From the NCBI GenBank assembly GCA_964016885.1, contig OZ024743.1, positions 241,800,001-241,864,000 of the forward strand: a stretch of DNA of 64,000 nt, given 5' to 3'. Origin of the DNA: Eledone cirrhosa. Its lineage: Eukaryota. Under the pieces are notes generated by a model. The model had not been told where the DNA came from. It saw only the letters and a program-made list of their open reading frames with translations, and ran no database searches. The position numbers were made by a program, and so were the translations under genes. Positions 51,513 to 64,000 of the stretch are shown here, in pieces; within the stretch, counting starts at the first letter, position 1, and every line of letters starts with the position of its first letter.

Positions 51513-54500
51513 CTACAGGCTTATGTAAAGAGAAGGCCCATTCACACGGGCCATTCTCGCCACTTTCACCCACCTTTCATTAAAACGACTGGGGTGGAGC
51601 ACCTCTCTCTCCATCCTGATCCTTCTTCCGAAATGATATCGGAAGAAACGGACCAGTTGTTGGCCAGAGAGAAAGGTGCCTGACCTCAGTCCTTTCAGAC
51701 GCGTCCACCATACAACCTCTTTCGCCATGGCTATTACGCACAGAAACACCGCCTCTGCTTCATCTTTGAAGGGGGAGGCGGCTTGATCATTACAATAGAC
51801 TCGGTGGCCAACCGGATCGGTCCCACCCTTGACAGCAGTTGTTCGACATAGCCCCACAGATCGGCTACGCCCGAGCAGTGTACCAATGCGTGTGCAACGG
51901 TTTCCTCGTCGCACACGCATCTGGGACAGATCTTTTTGGCGGGGTCCCTACCCGGGCGCCCGTGTCTGTAGAGCCTTTCTCGAACGGGTAAAGCCCCTCG
52001 GTAGCACTGCCAGGCCAGGGACTTCTGGAAGTTGTCCATAGGTCCCGGGCTGAATGTCCTACCGAACAGGCTGGTCAGTTTGTCCTCCTCCATGTCTAGG
52101 GCTTCTCCGAGGGCGTCGTCGCACCTGCTGCGTACCAGCCCTCTATAGAATGTTGCGGTGGAGTCTCCAGTGATAACCGGATCCGCCTGCCAGAGGGCGG
52201 TGAGCGCCTGGGCACGCTCAGTGTGCCAGGCGCCCAGTTTTCTCGGTCTTTGCTTGACCCAGGATTGCAGCTCGGTGAGTGAGACGAGTCTAGGAAAGGT
52301 TCGTCTCACAAACGAGGCCCACACCGGTTGACCGGTGAGGAATACGTAGAGGTGCCGTAGCCTTAATGCGTGTTTACGCATCATTAGCCACGGCATCCCC
52401 AGCCCTCCTTTCGAAGGGTGTTGACAGCAGATGGATCTCCTCACCATAGGAGCCCTCCTCTTCCAAAGGAATTGGAAGAGTGCGCGCTCCATCTTGGTGA
52501 GGGTTTCCCTTGGGCAGGGCACTCCGCCCGACCTTTCAGGGATAGTTTGCAACTGGCCCACTTCTGGGTCAGTGCAAACACCCTGTTCGTAACCTCCGCC
52601 CAGTTTTTCTCCACCTGGAGGTCCGGTCCGAACCAGACGCCGAGCAACTTCACCGGGCCCTCCGTCCAGCGTCCGACGACGCCATCGGAGGGCATCGGTC
52701 TGCCCCTCCACGTGCCGAGTTGCAAACCGATCGACTTGTCCCGGTTCAGCTTAGCCCCTGTGAACCTTTCGTACTCCTCCAGTAAGGTGCCGACCGCCTC
52801 GATTTCGGAGGCCGTCGACACCATTACTGTCACGTCATCGGCGTAGGCCGACACCGCTTTCCGCAATCCCGGTTCCAAAGGGATGCCCTGCAACAACTCC
52901 AACTTCCGCAGTAGTGGCTCGAGAGTCAACACACACAGAAGGGAGGAGAGAGGGCACCCTTGTCGGATGGACCGCGCGATTTTGAACGGCTCCGAGAGGT
53001 AGCCGTTCACCTTGACCCTAAAGCAGATGCGGCTGCTGTGCATAGCAGTGATCCAGCCCCTGAAAACGGGTCCGAAGCCTGCCGCCGTTAGCACCGCATC
53101 CAGGTAACCATGGTCGACCCTATTGAACGCCTTAGATTGATCCAAGTTGATCAGAGCCCCACCAAAGCTGGGTTCGTTCCCAACCCTCTCTATGATGTAT
53201 CGCATGAGGTGGAGGTTGTCATGGATGGACCTGGACGGGATAGCGCATGTCTGCGCATCTCCCACCAGGTTGCCCACGACAAGCGCCAACCTCTTTGCTA
53301 GCACCTTGGCCAAAATCTGTATCTCTGTATTTAGCAGAGTTATGGGCCTGAAGTTACTTATTTCGTCCCCCTTGTTCTCGTCCTTCCTCACTAGCGTGAC
53401 TACGCCCTTGGTCACAGTACAGGGAATTCTCCCGTTCTGTTGCCAGTTGCAGTAGACCGCCTCGAGGAGATCGGGGAACAAGTCCGGCATAGCTAGATAT
53501 AATTCGTAAGGAAGACCATCGAGACCCGGGGATTTGCGTTTGCCGCATTGGCTCAGCACGTCCTCTATCTCAGCGGCCGAAATCGGCTCCTCGCAGGACT
53601 TCGCCTCCCTGTCCGAGAGACGCGGCAGGCCGTCGAGGTATGGACCGAAGTCCACATTCCCAACCGGCTCCCCGCCCCTCCCGAACAGTCGGGCAAAGTG
53701 CCTTTGAAAGGCCTCACACATCTGCTTAGGCTCAAGAATCGCCCGTCCATCCAGGTCTCGCAAAGACCGGATAGTGGATTTAGTTCCACTGTTGGCCTTT
53801 GTCACGCGGGCCCAGCTAACAGCTTTGGTCCCCTCGTTCCCTAGAGCACGTATTTTACTTCGGACAACGCAGCCTTAGTGCTTCGCGTCGAAAAACTGGC
53901 TCAAAGCCGTTCTCGACGCTAGCACTCTGGCCACGTCGCCGCTTCTAATTGCCTCTTCTACTCTATCTATTAGCTCCCTTTCCTTCCTATTCCTATCCGC
54001 AGCTAGAACCTTACTAAATTCTATCGAGACTACTCTAATCTCTCTCTTTAGAGATACCCACCACCTGCTTTTGACGATCGCTCCAGTCAATCGTTCCTTA
54101 ACTAACGTACTAATCCGATCCATGTAGGCTCTACTTGCCGGCAAGGACAAGTTGAGCTTCCAGTAACCGGAGCCCTGTCTATGCGTTCTATCAAGGTTGA
54201 CCATGCAGGTCACCAACCATGAGCATTTCTGGACAACTTAAAAAGTCCCTGTCCTTATTTCTAACTAAAAATCTATCTAGGTACGACCTAGATGATCGGC
54301 TGCGATTTGACCAAGACCAGGTTGGCACCGTCGGAAAATCTAGTTGAAATCTATCGGCCAGGTCAAATCGGCCGAGTAACCCCTTGAGGCTGTTGCACCC
54401 CTCTCTATCGGGACATGCCCCTGCATAGTCCCAACGTGCATCCAGGATACCATTCCAATCCCCCACTAAAAGCAGGGAACGGGACGTCCCTAGAAAAGAC

Positions 54501-54880
54501 TCCAGACGCTGGAAAAAGTCGGGCCGCTCTGTCCCAAAAGGGGCATATGCGGCTACCAGCCTAAAGGCTCCACCTTCACCACTGCCAAGGTCCAGCACCA
54601 CCAGTCGACCCCCTGGGTCCAAGTGAACTATCTGTGTTGCAAGGCCCATATCTTTTTGCAGCAGAACGACAACCCCACCCCCATCTCCGGGCTGACAGAG
54701 AGATGCGTGCATCTCAAAGTCGTCAAAGGTGGGGGCTAGCTGTCGCATGCTGCTGATCCGGGCCTCGCAGATAACCATCACATTTATAGATTGTGACCTG
54801 AGGTCATTTAGAAGCATTGCTTGCTTCCAAGACGAGCCCAGGCCACGCGCATTTAGACACCCTACTCTTAGCACAGCCAT
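51513..54880 (-). pseudogene. ORF2: APE endonuclease + reverse transcriptase + C-terminal Zn finger, several frameshifts
   Basis: GCLNARGL, LVGDWN, SYLDRF, GYWKLN, KSPGLDG, FRPITLLN, RQGCPLS, AYADD, KGGLG, CPRC...ETVAHALVHC. Confidence 0.93.
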
Positions 54881-54904
54881 GTTGATGGTATGGAGAAAAG
54901 GCAC

Positions 54905-56789
54905 TTACCTCTCTGCGTCCCGGGAAACGGGCCGCTCAATTTCCATGCTGATTGGGGATGGGTTGTTGGGTGGGGTGGTGGTTTGTGGAAGTGAAGGGGC
55001 ATCGGTGTGTTGTGGGGTTGGGGTGTTTGTGGTTGAGTGGGTGTCTGGGTGGGGGGCGGGGGGATTTTTTAGGAGGACGCGGTTGATTGGTTTGGCGCAG
55101 GGGGGGCCCACGTCCCCCGTGAAATTTATTTTCAGTGTTTTGTACAAGTTCATTGGGACTTTTATCATTTTTAAATGAGGTAGTCCCACAGCAGTTATAA
55201 AGTTTGGCCCTTCAGTTTGGACCGAAGGGTTTGCTGAAATTGTTTTCCGTAATTCTTTGTTGTCTGTGTTCATGTATGTGTATTGTAAGGTCTTTTTTGT
55301 GTAGCAGTTAGTGTTGTGTGACAGGGAGGGGTGGTTTGTGTTCTCTTGGGGAGGGGGGGGGGGGGGTTAAAGTTAACATGTGTGTCTGTGGTGCGTCTCC
55401 TCTTCTTTCTTTTTACTTGTTGGAAGGGATCTTTTTCGTCTTGCGACGAAAGGGGTTCGTCTTCCTTGTTGGGTGGGAGGGGTATGCTTTCTGGTAGTGT
55501 TTGCGGTGTGTGTGTTTTTGTATTTGTTTTGGGTGGGAGGGATTGGGTGGGACAGTATTCTGTGTTATTTTTTCACGTGTTTGTTGTTGTTGTTGTTGTG
55601 GTGGTGGTGGTGGGGTTGTTGGTTTTTGTTGTTGTTGTTGTTGTGGTGGTGGTGGTGGGGTTGTTGGTTTTTGTTGTTGTTGTTGTTGTGGTTGTTTTTG
55701 TTGTAGTAGTTGGGGTGGTGTTGGTGTTGGTAGCAGTGTTTTTTTCTGTGTGAGCTGGGGACAGGTAGCCCTCAGGTGACCTCTATTGCCACAGAGGTAA
55801 CAGGAGGGACGCCTACCCTCCACAATAATGTTGAGGTGGGTACGGTCATCCAGCATGACGCGCTCAGGGATTTGGGCGATGCGTTCTGGCCTTATTTGGG
55901 TCAGAACTTCGATGCTCGTTCCACTGAACGCTTCGCCGGATGCCTTCCCTATTGAAATGAGGTTGTCCTCGTCTAAATTGAGGAAACCGGTTAGTAACCA
56001 CCAGTAGTTTATGTTTGGGGTGATGGTGGTTATCCATATCCTCTGGGTTTTTTTACCCATGTAGGTGGGGAAGAAGGTGTAGTGTGTGGACCGAATTGGC
56101 GACACAGAGTATTTTTTCGCCGCCAATTCGTCTTTCATCAATATGGATAAACTCCCATAGAGTTTATCCTTTTGTATAAAAGTGATATCTCTCATCGCGT
56201 CTTTCAAGACTAACTGAATTTCCGCTTGAGATGGTTGCGCTGGTTTTTTTGTTTTATTTAAAATTGTTCGGAATACGACAGTTCGTAATTCCGTCTGTTT
56301 TTTTAGTTCTGGAGGTGAATGTATAGAAAACGAACCGTTTTCGCCAAAAGATACATATTTCTTGGCTTTTTCCAGCATTTCTTTTGCTTTTGAAATATCT
56401 TCAAGCACATACGCGACTGATAATTTAGCCGTTTGTGCAAAAGATATTTTGTTTTCGCTTTGGATTTTAGTATTGTTTTGTTTCTCGTCGTTTGAGTTGT
56501 TTTCATCTTTGTTGTTGTTGTTGTCTTTCTCGTTTGGTGTGTGGATACTTGTGACGTTTGTGTTGTTGTTGTTGTCTTTATTGTTGCTGTTGTTGTCGTT
56601 GTTGTTGTTGTTGTTTTCAAATTCTTGTGTAGTTGTGGCTACATCTAGTGGTCGGTCAACAGGTGAAGACAATTCTTCCTCTCTCTGACCTCTGCCTTTG
56701 GCATCTGCTGCTGTGACAGTGGCAGGGGGAAGCTGTGAGTATGACTTCCCCTTTCCTTCTTTGATTGATGGTGAAGATGCTTCAGCCAT
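54905..56789 (-). pseudogene. ORF1 gag-like protein with one CCHC knuckle, frameshifted
   Basis: ORFs 55413-56798 and 54905-55273; CYLCGNRGHLRATC; poly-N, poly-Q and Pro/Thr tracts. Confidence 0.88.
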
Positions 56790-57198
56790 TTTTCTCAAAA
56801 TAGGGTTTTTCGAAGTTTTTCGAAAGTTAAAATGTTCACAATACTATTTCGCCCAAAGGCGCAGAATATTTTGAGAGACCGACCAGATCAAAATTTGACC
56901 TGGCAGTCCCTCTACAAAATGGTACAAAAATGAAAGTTTACAGTTTACAATTTCCGTATGAATTTAAACAAAAACTTACCGAGCGAGCTCAGCACATGTG
57001 TCCATCGTAAAGAGAGATAGAATGAAGGTAGTTGTTGTTAATTGAAAATAGAAGGGACGATGCATGTGTGGTGTAAAAAGTAGGCAAGAGCCGGTGAAAT
57101 GGTGTGTTAATGTATGATATGCCGGCGTAGGCAAGAGTTGAGAGTGCTGAGAAGAGTTAGGTCAGGAGATAGATAGGTAGATAGATGGATAGATAGAT

Positions 57199-57304
<106 letters not shown>

Positions 57305-57534
57305 ATTTCTATTTATTTGCCACGAGGGCGCAAAAGAAGGGGACATTTACACAGTGGGGGAGTTTACATACATCGAGTAAAGAAAAAGGAATAACAATAA
57401 TAATATAACAATAAAAAGTCCTCAAAAGGGAGGGGGCGTGTTGGGGATTGCACATACCCCCGAAAAGTGTGCAACTCTTTTCGCGGGGGAAGCCCAGAGA
57501 GGAGGCGCTCCCCCTTTCCTCTTCACTTCTTCAC

Positions 57535-60500
57535 CTACAGAACAATGTAGAGAGAAGGCCCATTTACACGGGCCATTCTCGCTTCTTTCACCCACCTTTC
57601 ATAAAACTGTCTGGGGCCAAGCACTTCTCTCTCCATCCTGATCCTTCTTCCGAAGTGGTATCGGAAGAAATAAACCAGGTGATGGCCGGAGAGAAAGTCA
57701 CCCGACCTCAGACCTTTCAGGCGCGTCCACCACACAACCTCTTTCATCATGGCTATTACGCACAGAAAGACCGCCTCTGCTTCATTTCTGAAGGGAGGAG
57801 GCGGCTTGATGTTCACCACAGACTCGGCGGTTAATCGAATCGGCGCCACACGCGACAGCAGTCGTTCGACAGATCGGCAACGCCCGGGCAGTGTACCAGT
57901 GTATGCGCAACGGTTTCCTCGTCGCGCACGCATCTGGGACAGATCTTTTTCGCGGGATCCCTGCCCGGGCACCCGTGTCTGTAGAGCTTTTCTCGAACGG
58001 GCAGAGCCCCCCGGTAACACTGCCAGGCTAGGGACCTCTGGAAGTTGTCCATGGGTCCCGGGCCAAAAGTTCTACCGAACAGGCTGGCCAGTTCGTCCTC
58101 CTCCATGCCTAGCGACTCTCCAAGGGTGTCGTCGCCCTTGCTAGCCACCAACCCTCTATAGAATGTCGAGGTGGATTCTCCACTGATAGTCGGGTCCGCT
58201 TGCCAGATAGCCGTGAGTGCCTGGGCACACTCGGTGTGCCAGTTGCGCAGTTTTCTAGGTCTTTGCTTCACCCAGGATTGCAGTTCGGTGAGCGAGACGA
58301 GCTGTGGGAAGGCTCGCCTCACAAACGGGGCCCACACCGGCTGACCGTTGAGGAATACCTGTAGATGCCGTAGCCTCAATGCGTGCCTACGCATCAACAG
58401 CCACGGCATACCCAGCCCTCCTTTCGAAGGGTGCTGGCAGCAGATGGATCTCCTCACCATGGGAGGCCGCTTCTTCCAGAGGAACTGGAAGAGCATGCGT
58501 TCCATGATGGTGAGCTTTTCCTTGGGGCAAGGCACGACGGTCAGGCGGTAGTAGATGACGGACGCTATGTAAGCGTTCGTCCCCTCCGCCCGACCTTTCA
58601 GTGATAGTTTGCACTTGGCCCACTTCTGGGTCAGCGCAAACACCCTGCTCGTCACCTCGCCCCAATTCTTCTCCACCTGGAGGTCCGGTCCGAACCAGAC
58701 CCCGAGCAGCTTCACCGGGCCCTCCGTCCAACGCCCGACGACACCGTCTAACGGCATCGGTTTGCCCCTCCACGTTCCGAGTTCCAAACCGACTGACTTG
58801 TCCCGGTTCAGCCTAGCCCCCGTCAGCCTTTCGTATTCCTCCAGTAGGGTGGCGATCGCCCCGATTTCCGAGGCGTCCGCCACCATTACTGTTACGTCGT
58901 CGGCATAGGCCGAGACCGCTTTGTGCAATCCCGGTTCCAGGGGTATGCCCCGTAGCAACTCCAACTTCCGCAGCAGTGGCTCGAGAATCAATACGTACAG
59001 AAGGGAGGAGAGGGGGCACCCCTGTCTGATGGACCGGGTGATTTGAAACGGCTCCGAGAGGTAGCCGTTTACTTTAATCCTAGAGTAGATGTTGCCACTG
59101 TGCATGGCAGAAATCCAACCCCTGAAAACGGGTCCGAAGCCCGCCGCCGCTAGCACCGCATCCAGGTAACCATGGTCGACCCTATCGAACGCCTTAGATT
59201 GATCCAAGTTGATCAGGGCCCCACCAAAGCCGGGTTCGTTGCCAACCCTCTCTATGATGTATCGCATGAGGTGGAGGTTGTCGTGAATGGACCTGGACGG
59301 GATAGCGCATGTCTGCGCGTCTCCCACCAAACCACCCACCACAAGCGCCAACCTCTTCGCCAACACCTTGGCCAAAATCTGTAACTCTGCATTCAGCAGA
59401 GTTATGGGCCTAAAGTTACTTAAGTCGTCCCCCTTGCTCTCGTCCTTCCTCACTAGCGTGACCACGCCCTTGGTCACAGAACAGGGAATTCTCCCGTTCT
59501 GTTGCCAGTTGCAATAGACAGCCTCGAGGAGTTCGGAGAACAAGACCGGCATAGCTAAATAAAGTTCGTATGGTAGACCATCGAGACCCGGAGATTTGCG
59601 TCTGCTGCATTGGCTGAGCGCTTCCCCGATTTCAGTGGCTGTGATTGGCCTTTCGCAGCACTCCGCTTCGCCGCTCGAGAGACGCGGTAGACCGTAGAGG
59701 TATGGACCGAAGTCCACATCCCCGTCCGGCCCCCCGCCCCCTCCGAACAGTCGAGCAAAGTGCCTTTGAAAGGCCTCGCACATCCGCTCAGGTTTAAGGA
59801 TCACCCGTCCATCCTGGTCTCGCAAAGACCGAATGGTGGATTTAATCCCACTCTTGGCTTCTGTCACGCGGGCCCAGCTAACAGCTTTGGTCCCCTCGTT
59901 TCCTAAAGCACGTATTTTACTTCGGACAACGCAGCCTTCGTGCTTCGCGTCAAAGAACTGGCCCAAAGCCGTTCTCGACGCTAGCACTCTGGCCACGTCT
60001 CCGCTCCTAATCGCCTCTTCTAGTTTATCTGTTAACTCCCTTTCCTTCCTATTTCTATTTGCCGCTAGTTCCTTACTGTAACCTATCGAACTTACTCTAA
60101 TCTCTCTCTTTAGAGATACCCACCACCTGCTGTTGACGATCGCTCCCGTCAACCGCATCTTAACTAAGCTACTAATCCGGTTCCTGTAATCTTTCTTTGC
60201 CGGCAAGGACAAGTTCATCTTCCAGTAACCGGGACCCTGTCTATGCGTTCTATCAAGGTTGACCACGCAGGTCACTAATTTGTGATCTGAATAGCCAACC
60301 ATGATCAGTTCTGGACAACTAAATACGTCCCTATCCTTACTCCTAACCAAAAACCTATCTAGGTACGATCTAGATTGTCCACTGCGGTTTGCCCAGGTCC
60401 AGGTTGGCGCAGTTGGACAATCTAGTCGAAATATATCGACCAGGTCGAATCGATCGAGTAACCCCTTGAGGCTGCTACACCCCCCTCTATCGGGACATGC

Positions 60501-60978
60501 CCCTGCATAGTCCCAACGCGCATCTAGGATTCCATTCCAGTCCCCCACTAAAAGCAGGGAACGCGACGTTCCTAGAAAAGTCTCCAGACGCTGGAAGAAG
60601 TCGGCTCTTTCCGCCCCGAAGGGGGCATAAAGACCGACCAGTCTGAAAGCCCCGTCTTCACCGCCTCCGACTTCCAGCACCAGTAATCGACCCCCCGGGT
60701 CCGAGTGAACAATCTGTACGTCGAGAGCCAGACGTTTATCCAGCAGTACGGCAACTCCCCCCCCCCCCGCCTCTGGGTTGACAGAGAGATGCGTGCATCT
60801 CAAAGTCATCGAAGGCGGGCGCCAGCTGTCTCACGCTGCTGATCGGACTCTCGCAAACAACCATTACATCTATACTTTGTGACCTGAGGTCATTTAGAAG
60901 CTTTGCTTGCTTCCAAGCGGAGCCCAGGCCACGCGCGTTCAAACAGCCAACTCTCAATTGATCTATTTTGGTGTTCAA
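57535..60978 (-). pseudogene. ORF2 APE-RT-Zn, largely intact (992 aa open stretch), with frameshifts near 60760 and 57860
   Basis: SDH, GYWKMN, DQSKAFDRV, RQGCPLS, AYADD, CPRC...HTLVHC. Confidence 0.94.
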
Positions 60979-60997
60979 AGTGAAGAAAGAAAAGCAC

Positions 60998-62788
60998 CTA
61001 CCTCTCCGGGTTGTGTAATTTCCATGGCATCAGGTGTGTTGGGTGGAGGGATGTTTTGTGGTGGTGTGGGGGTACCCGTGTGTGGTGGCGTTGGGGTATT
61101 TGGAGTTGTGTCAGGGAGAGGGGCGGTTATGGGGAAATCTTTCAAGAGGACGCGATTTAACGGTTTTAAACAGGGGGACTAAATTGTTCTTTTAAGGAAC
61201 GATAAAGGTCCAGAGGGACCTTTATCATTTTTAAATGGGTGAAGTTCTCTGTTGAGATAAAGTTTGGCCGTTCGGTCTGCAGCATAGGGTTGTTGTTTAT
61301 TAATTTAACCAGTTTTTTGTTTTCTTTATTTATATATGTGTATTGCAACGTCTTTTTTTGTGATGCTGTCAATGTTTCGGAGAGGGGAGGCGCAGATTTA
61401 TTTTTGTTTGTTGAGGGTGGGGTGTTTTTGATTGGAGTTGGTGTTTGTGTGTGGGTTATTTGTGGTGTGCTGGGTGTGTGTTTTCTTTTTTTTCTTTTAA
61501 CTTGTCTGAAGGCTTCTCCTCCTTCTTCTTCAGAAGTTGGGGGAAACTCTTCAGCGCTAGGTGGGAGGGACGTGTTGTGTGGTTGTTTTTTTTTGCGGGA
61601 GGGGTAGATTTATTACTGTTTTTTTTATTATTTGTTTGGAATGGGTTTTGTGGTGGTGGTGGTGGTGGTAATGTTTGGGTCGTGCTTGTGGTTGGTGATG
61701 GTGGTGGTGATGTTTGTGTTGTGGTTGGTGGTGGTGATTTTTGTGTCGTGCTTGTGTTTGGTGCTGGTGGTGGTGATGTTTGTGTTGTGTTTGTGGTTGG
61801 TGGTGTCTGTATTTTGTTTGCTGTGTGTGGTATTAGTGTATTTTTGGAGGTGGGTGGTGTTGGTGTACTGTTTGTGGTGGGTGTGGGCAATAGTCCTTTT
61901 TGGGGGATACGTTTCGAGCAGTTAGCCTTAACGTGTCCCCTTTCCATGCATAAATAGCATGCTGGTCTTCTCCCCTCTACAATTATATCTATTGGGGTAA
62001 GGTCATCCAGCCAGATGCGATCCGGGATTTGTGCTATTCTTTCGGGCCTCATTTGGACTAGTATGTCGAGGCCCATTCCCAGGAACGCATCTCCAGTTGC
62101 CTTCCCCATTGACAGCATTGTGTCTTCGCCCATGTCTATGAAGCCAGCAATAGCCCACCAGAAATCCATTGTAGGCAGCATTGTTTTTACTTTTACTCTC
62201 TGTGTTCTTCTACCCATGTAGGAGGGATAGAAGCTGTATGTTGTCGATGAGAGTGGGCTTAGGGAAGGCTTCTCTGCCGTTTCCTTGTCTTTTGTTAGGA
62301 CCGAAATGCTGCCATAGAGTCGGTCCTTTCGTATGAAGAGAATATTCTTCATATAGTCTTTTAGGACCAACTCTATTTCCATTTGGCTGGGCTGTGCTGG
62401 CTTTCTTGTCTGGTTCAGTATAGTTCTGAAGAGAACTGTGCTCTCTGTTCTGGCTTTCTTGAATTCTGGGGGGGAGTTAATGGAAAACATTCCGTTCTCC
62501 CCCAAGACTATTTGTTTTTTCGCTTCGGCCAGTTTTTCTCTGGCGGCAGTTAAGTCAATTGGTGTGTATGTTATGGATTGTTTTGTTTTCTGGGCGAAAG
62601 TTGCCCTATTGTTATTTGTATTATTTTCTGTTTGTTTGTTTTCCGTTTGCTCATTTTCCTTAACATTTGTTTTTTCATTTTCCTTGTTTGTTTCGTTGTC
62701 TAATTTTATTGTAATTATTTTTTGTTCTTCAGACTTGGGGGGGCGTGGCAGAGCTAATGGCAGACATGTCTGCCATCTTTTCCGCCAT
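60998..62788 (-). pseudogene. ORF1 gag-like protein with a CCHC knuckle, frameshifted
   Basis: CYLCMERGHVKANC; homologous to copy 1 ORF1; likely ATG at 62788 with a frameshift in the poly-C run near 62740. Confidence 0.86.
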
Positions 62789-63358
62789 GCTGCTAAGAAA
62801 GAAATTTTTCGGCAAAAATAGATATTTATTTTACCCCCTAAAAAGGGGGTAATGCAAAAATGTTTCCCTAAATAACAGGGGTTAGTGTTCCAAATGTGTT
62901 GCACTGAAAAATTTATCCGGTACTTACTATAGTAAGGGTAAATCCCGATGGAATAGCGGAGCCGATGTGAAGCGTGTCTTACTCTATCAAGATAGATAGA
63001 TAGATAGATAGGTAGATAGATAGTTAAAGCGATGTAACAACAAAGTAAATCGTATTATGTAACGAAATAAGCCGTAATGGTCATTTCGTTATAAATGATC
63101 AATGAAGCTTTTTATTTTATTAAATAGATTAAGGTGGAGTTTGTTATATGTAGGGTGTAGAATTACATGGCGTAGTAACCATTACTCAAGTGCGTCATCG
63201 ATCCAAAGACTGAAGTAGTTGTATTTATATTTGGCCCAACAAAATACCTTCTGGGTTGTGAAATTAAAGAGGCAATTTAATGCGGTTCTTAATTGGTCTC
63301 ACTATTTCATCCGGTAATTCCGAATTCAGTTATGAAAATTATAAAGTAAACAACCTTG

Positions 63359-63441
<83 letters not shown>

Positions 63442-63590
63442 ATGTGTGTGTGTGTGTGTGTGTATGTGTGTGTGTATGTGTGTGTGTGTGTGTGTGGTGT
63501 GTTAAATCTATATGTGTGTATTTACACATATATGCATACAGATATATCATACATACATGCATGCACGCATATATGCATACATACATAGTC

Positions 63591-63647
<57 letters not shown>

Positions 63648-64000
63648 CACATATATATATATGTGTGTGTATATATATATATGTTTTCCACGATCTTTAC
63701 ATTTTCCAATTAAACTCCATTCATTTCACAATTATGTAAAATACGTGTATAAATGTTACGTATGTATATATATAGAGAGAGATTTATGTGTGTGTGTGTA
63801 TGTGAGCGTCTGTGTGTCTGTATATATGTACATATATATGCATCTATATGTATGTATATGTATATTTATATATATATTTAAATATATATACACGCGTGCA
63901 CACACACACATACATATATACATATATAGTTTCAGAAGATGCCGTTAAGGGTGAAAGCACCGATTCTTTGCTTAATCTGTTATTTTAATTAATATATATA

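Larger units (their letters stand above)
51248..57010 (-). mobile_element. Near full-length Tx1-clade (L1 group) non-LTR retrotransposon, copy 1
   Basis: 5' UTR, ORF1, ORF2 (APE-RT-Zn), 3' UTR with AATAAA and a (TATC)n flank. Confidence 0.93.

Overview
This is AT-rich, microsatellite-dense eukaryotic DNA with no host protein-coding gene that I can support. Its tRNA-headed CORE-type SINEs and repeat landscape suggest an octopus (inference). Nearly all short ORFs in the track are microsatellite translations. The real coding content is transposon-derived: a ~5 kb head-to-head palindrome of a Penelope-like element (RT + GIY-YIG, Naiad-like motifs); three tandem Tx1-clade LINEs whose 3' ends all abut (TATC)n; RTE remnants next to (TATG)n; and two Tc1/mariner remnants. 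There are also Helitron-like pieces, a piggyBac-type MITE and many SINEs. The most notable unannotated layer is about 10 minimal type I hammerhead-ribozyme-like motifs, plus several half-motifs, in small non-coding elements sitting in (TA)n. One family is a ~433-nt terminally redundant monomer found at two loci (retrozyme-like). Several others are foldbacks whose symmetry axis lies within a ribozyme stem. All coordinates and structures were read by eye and are approximate.
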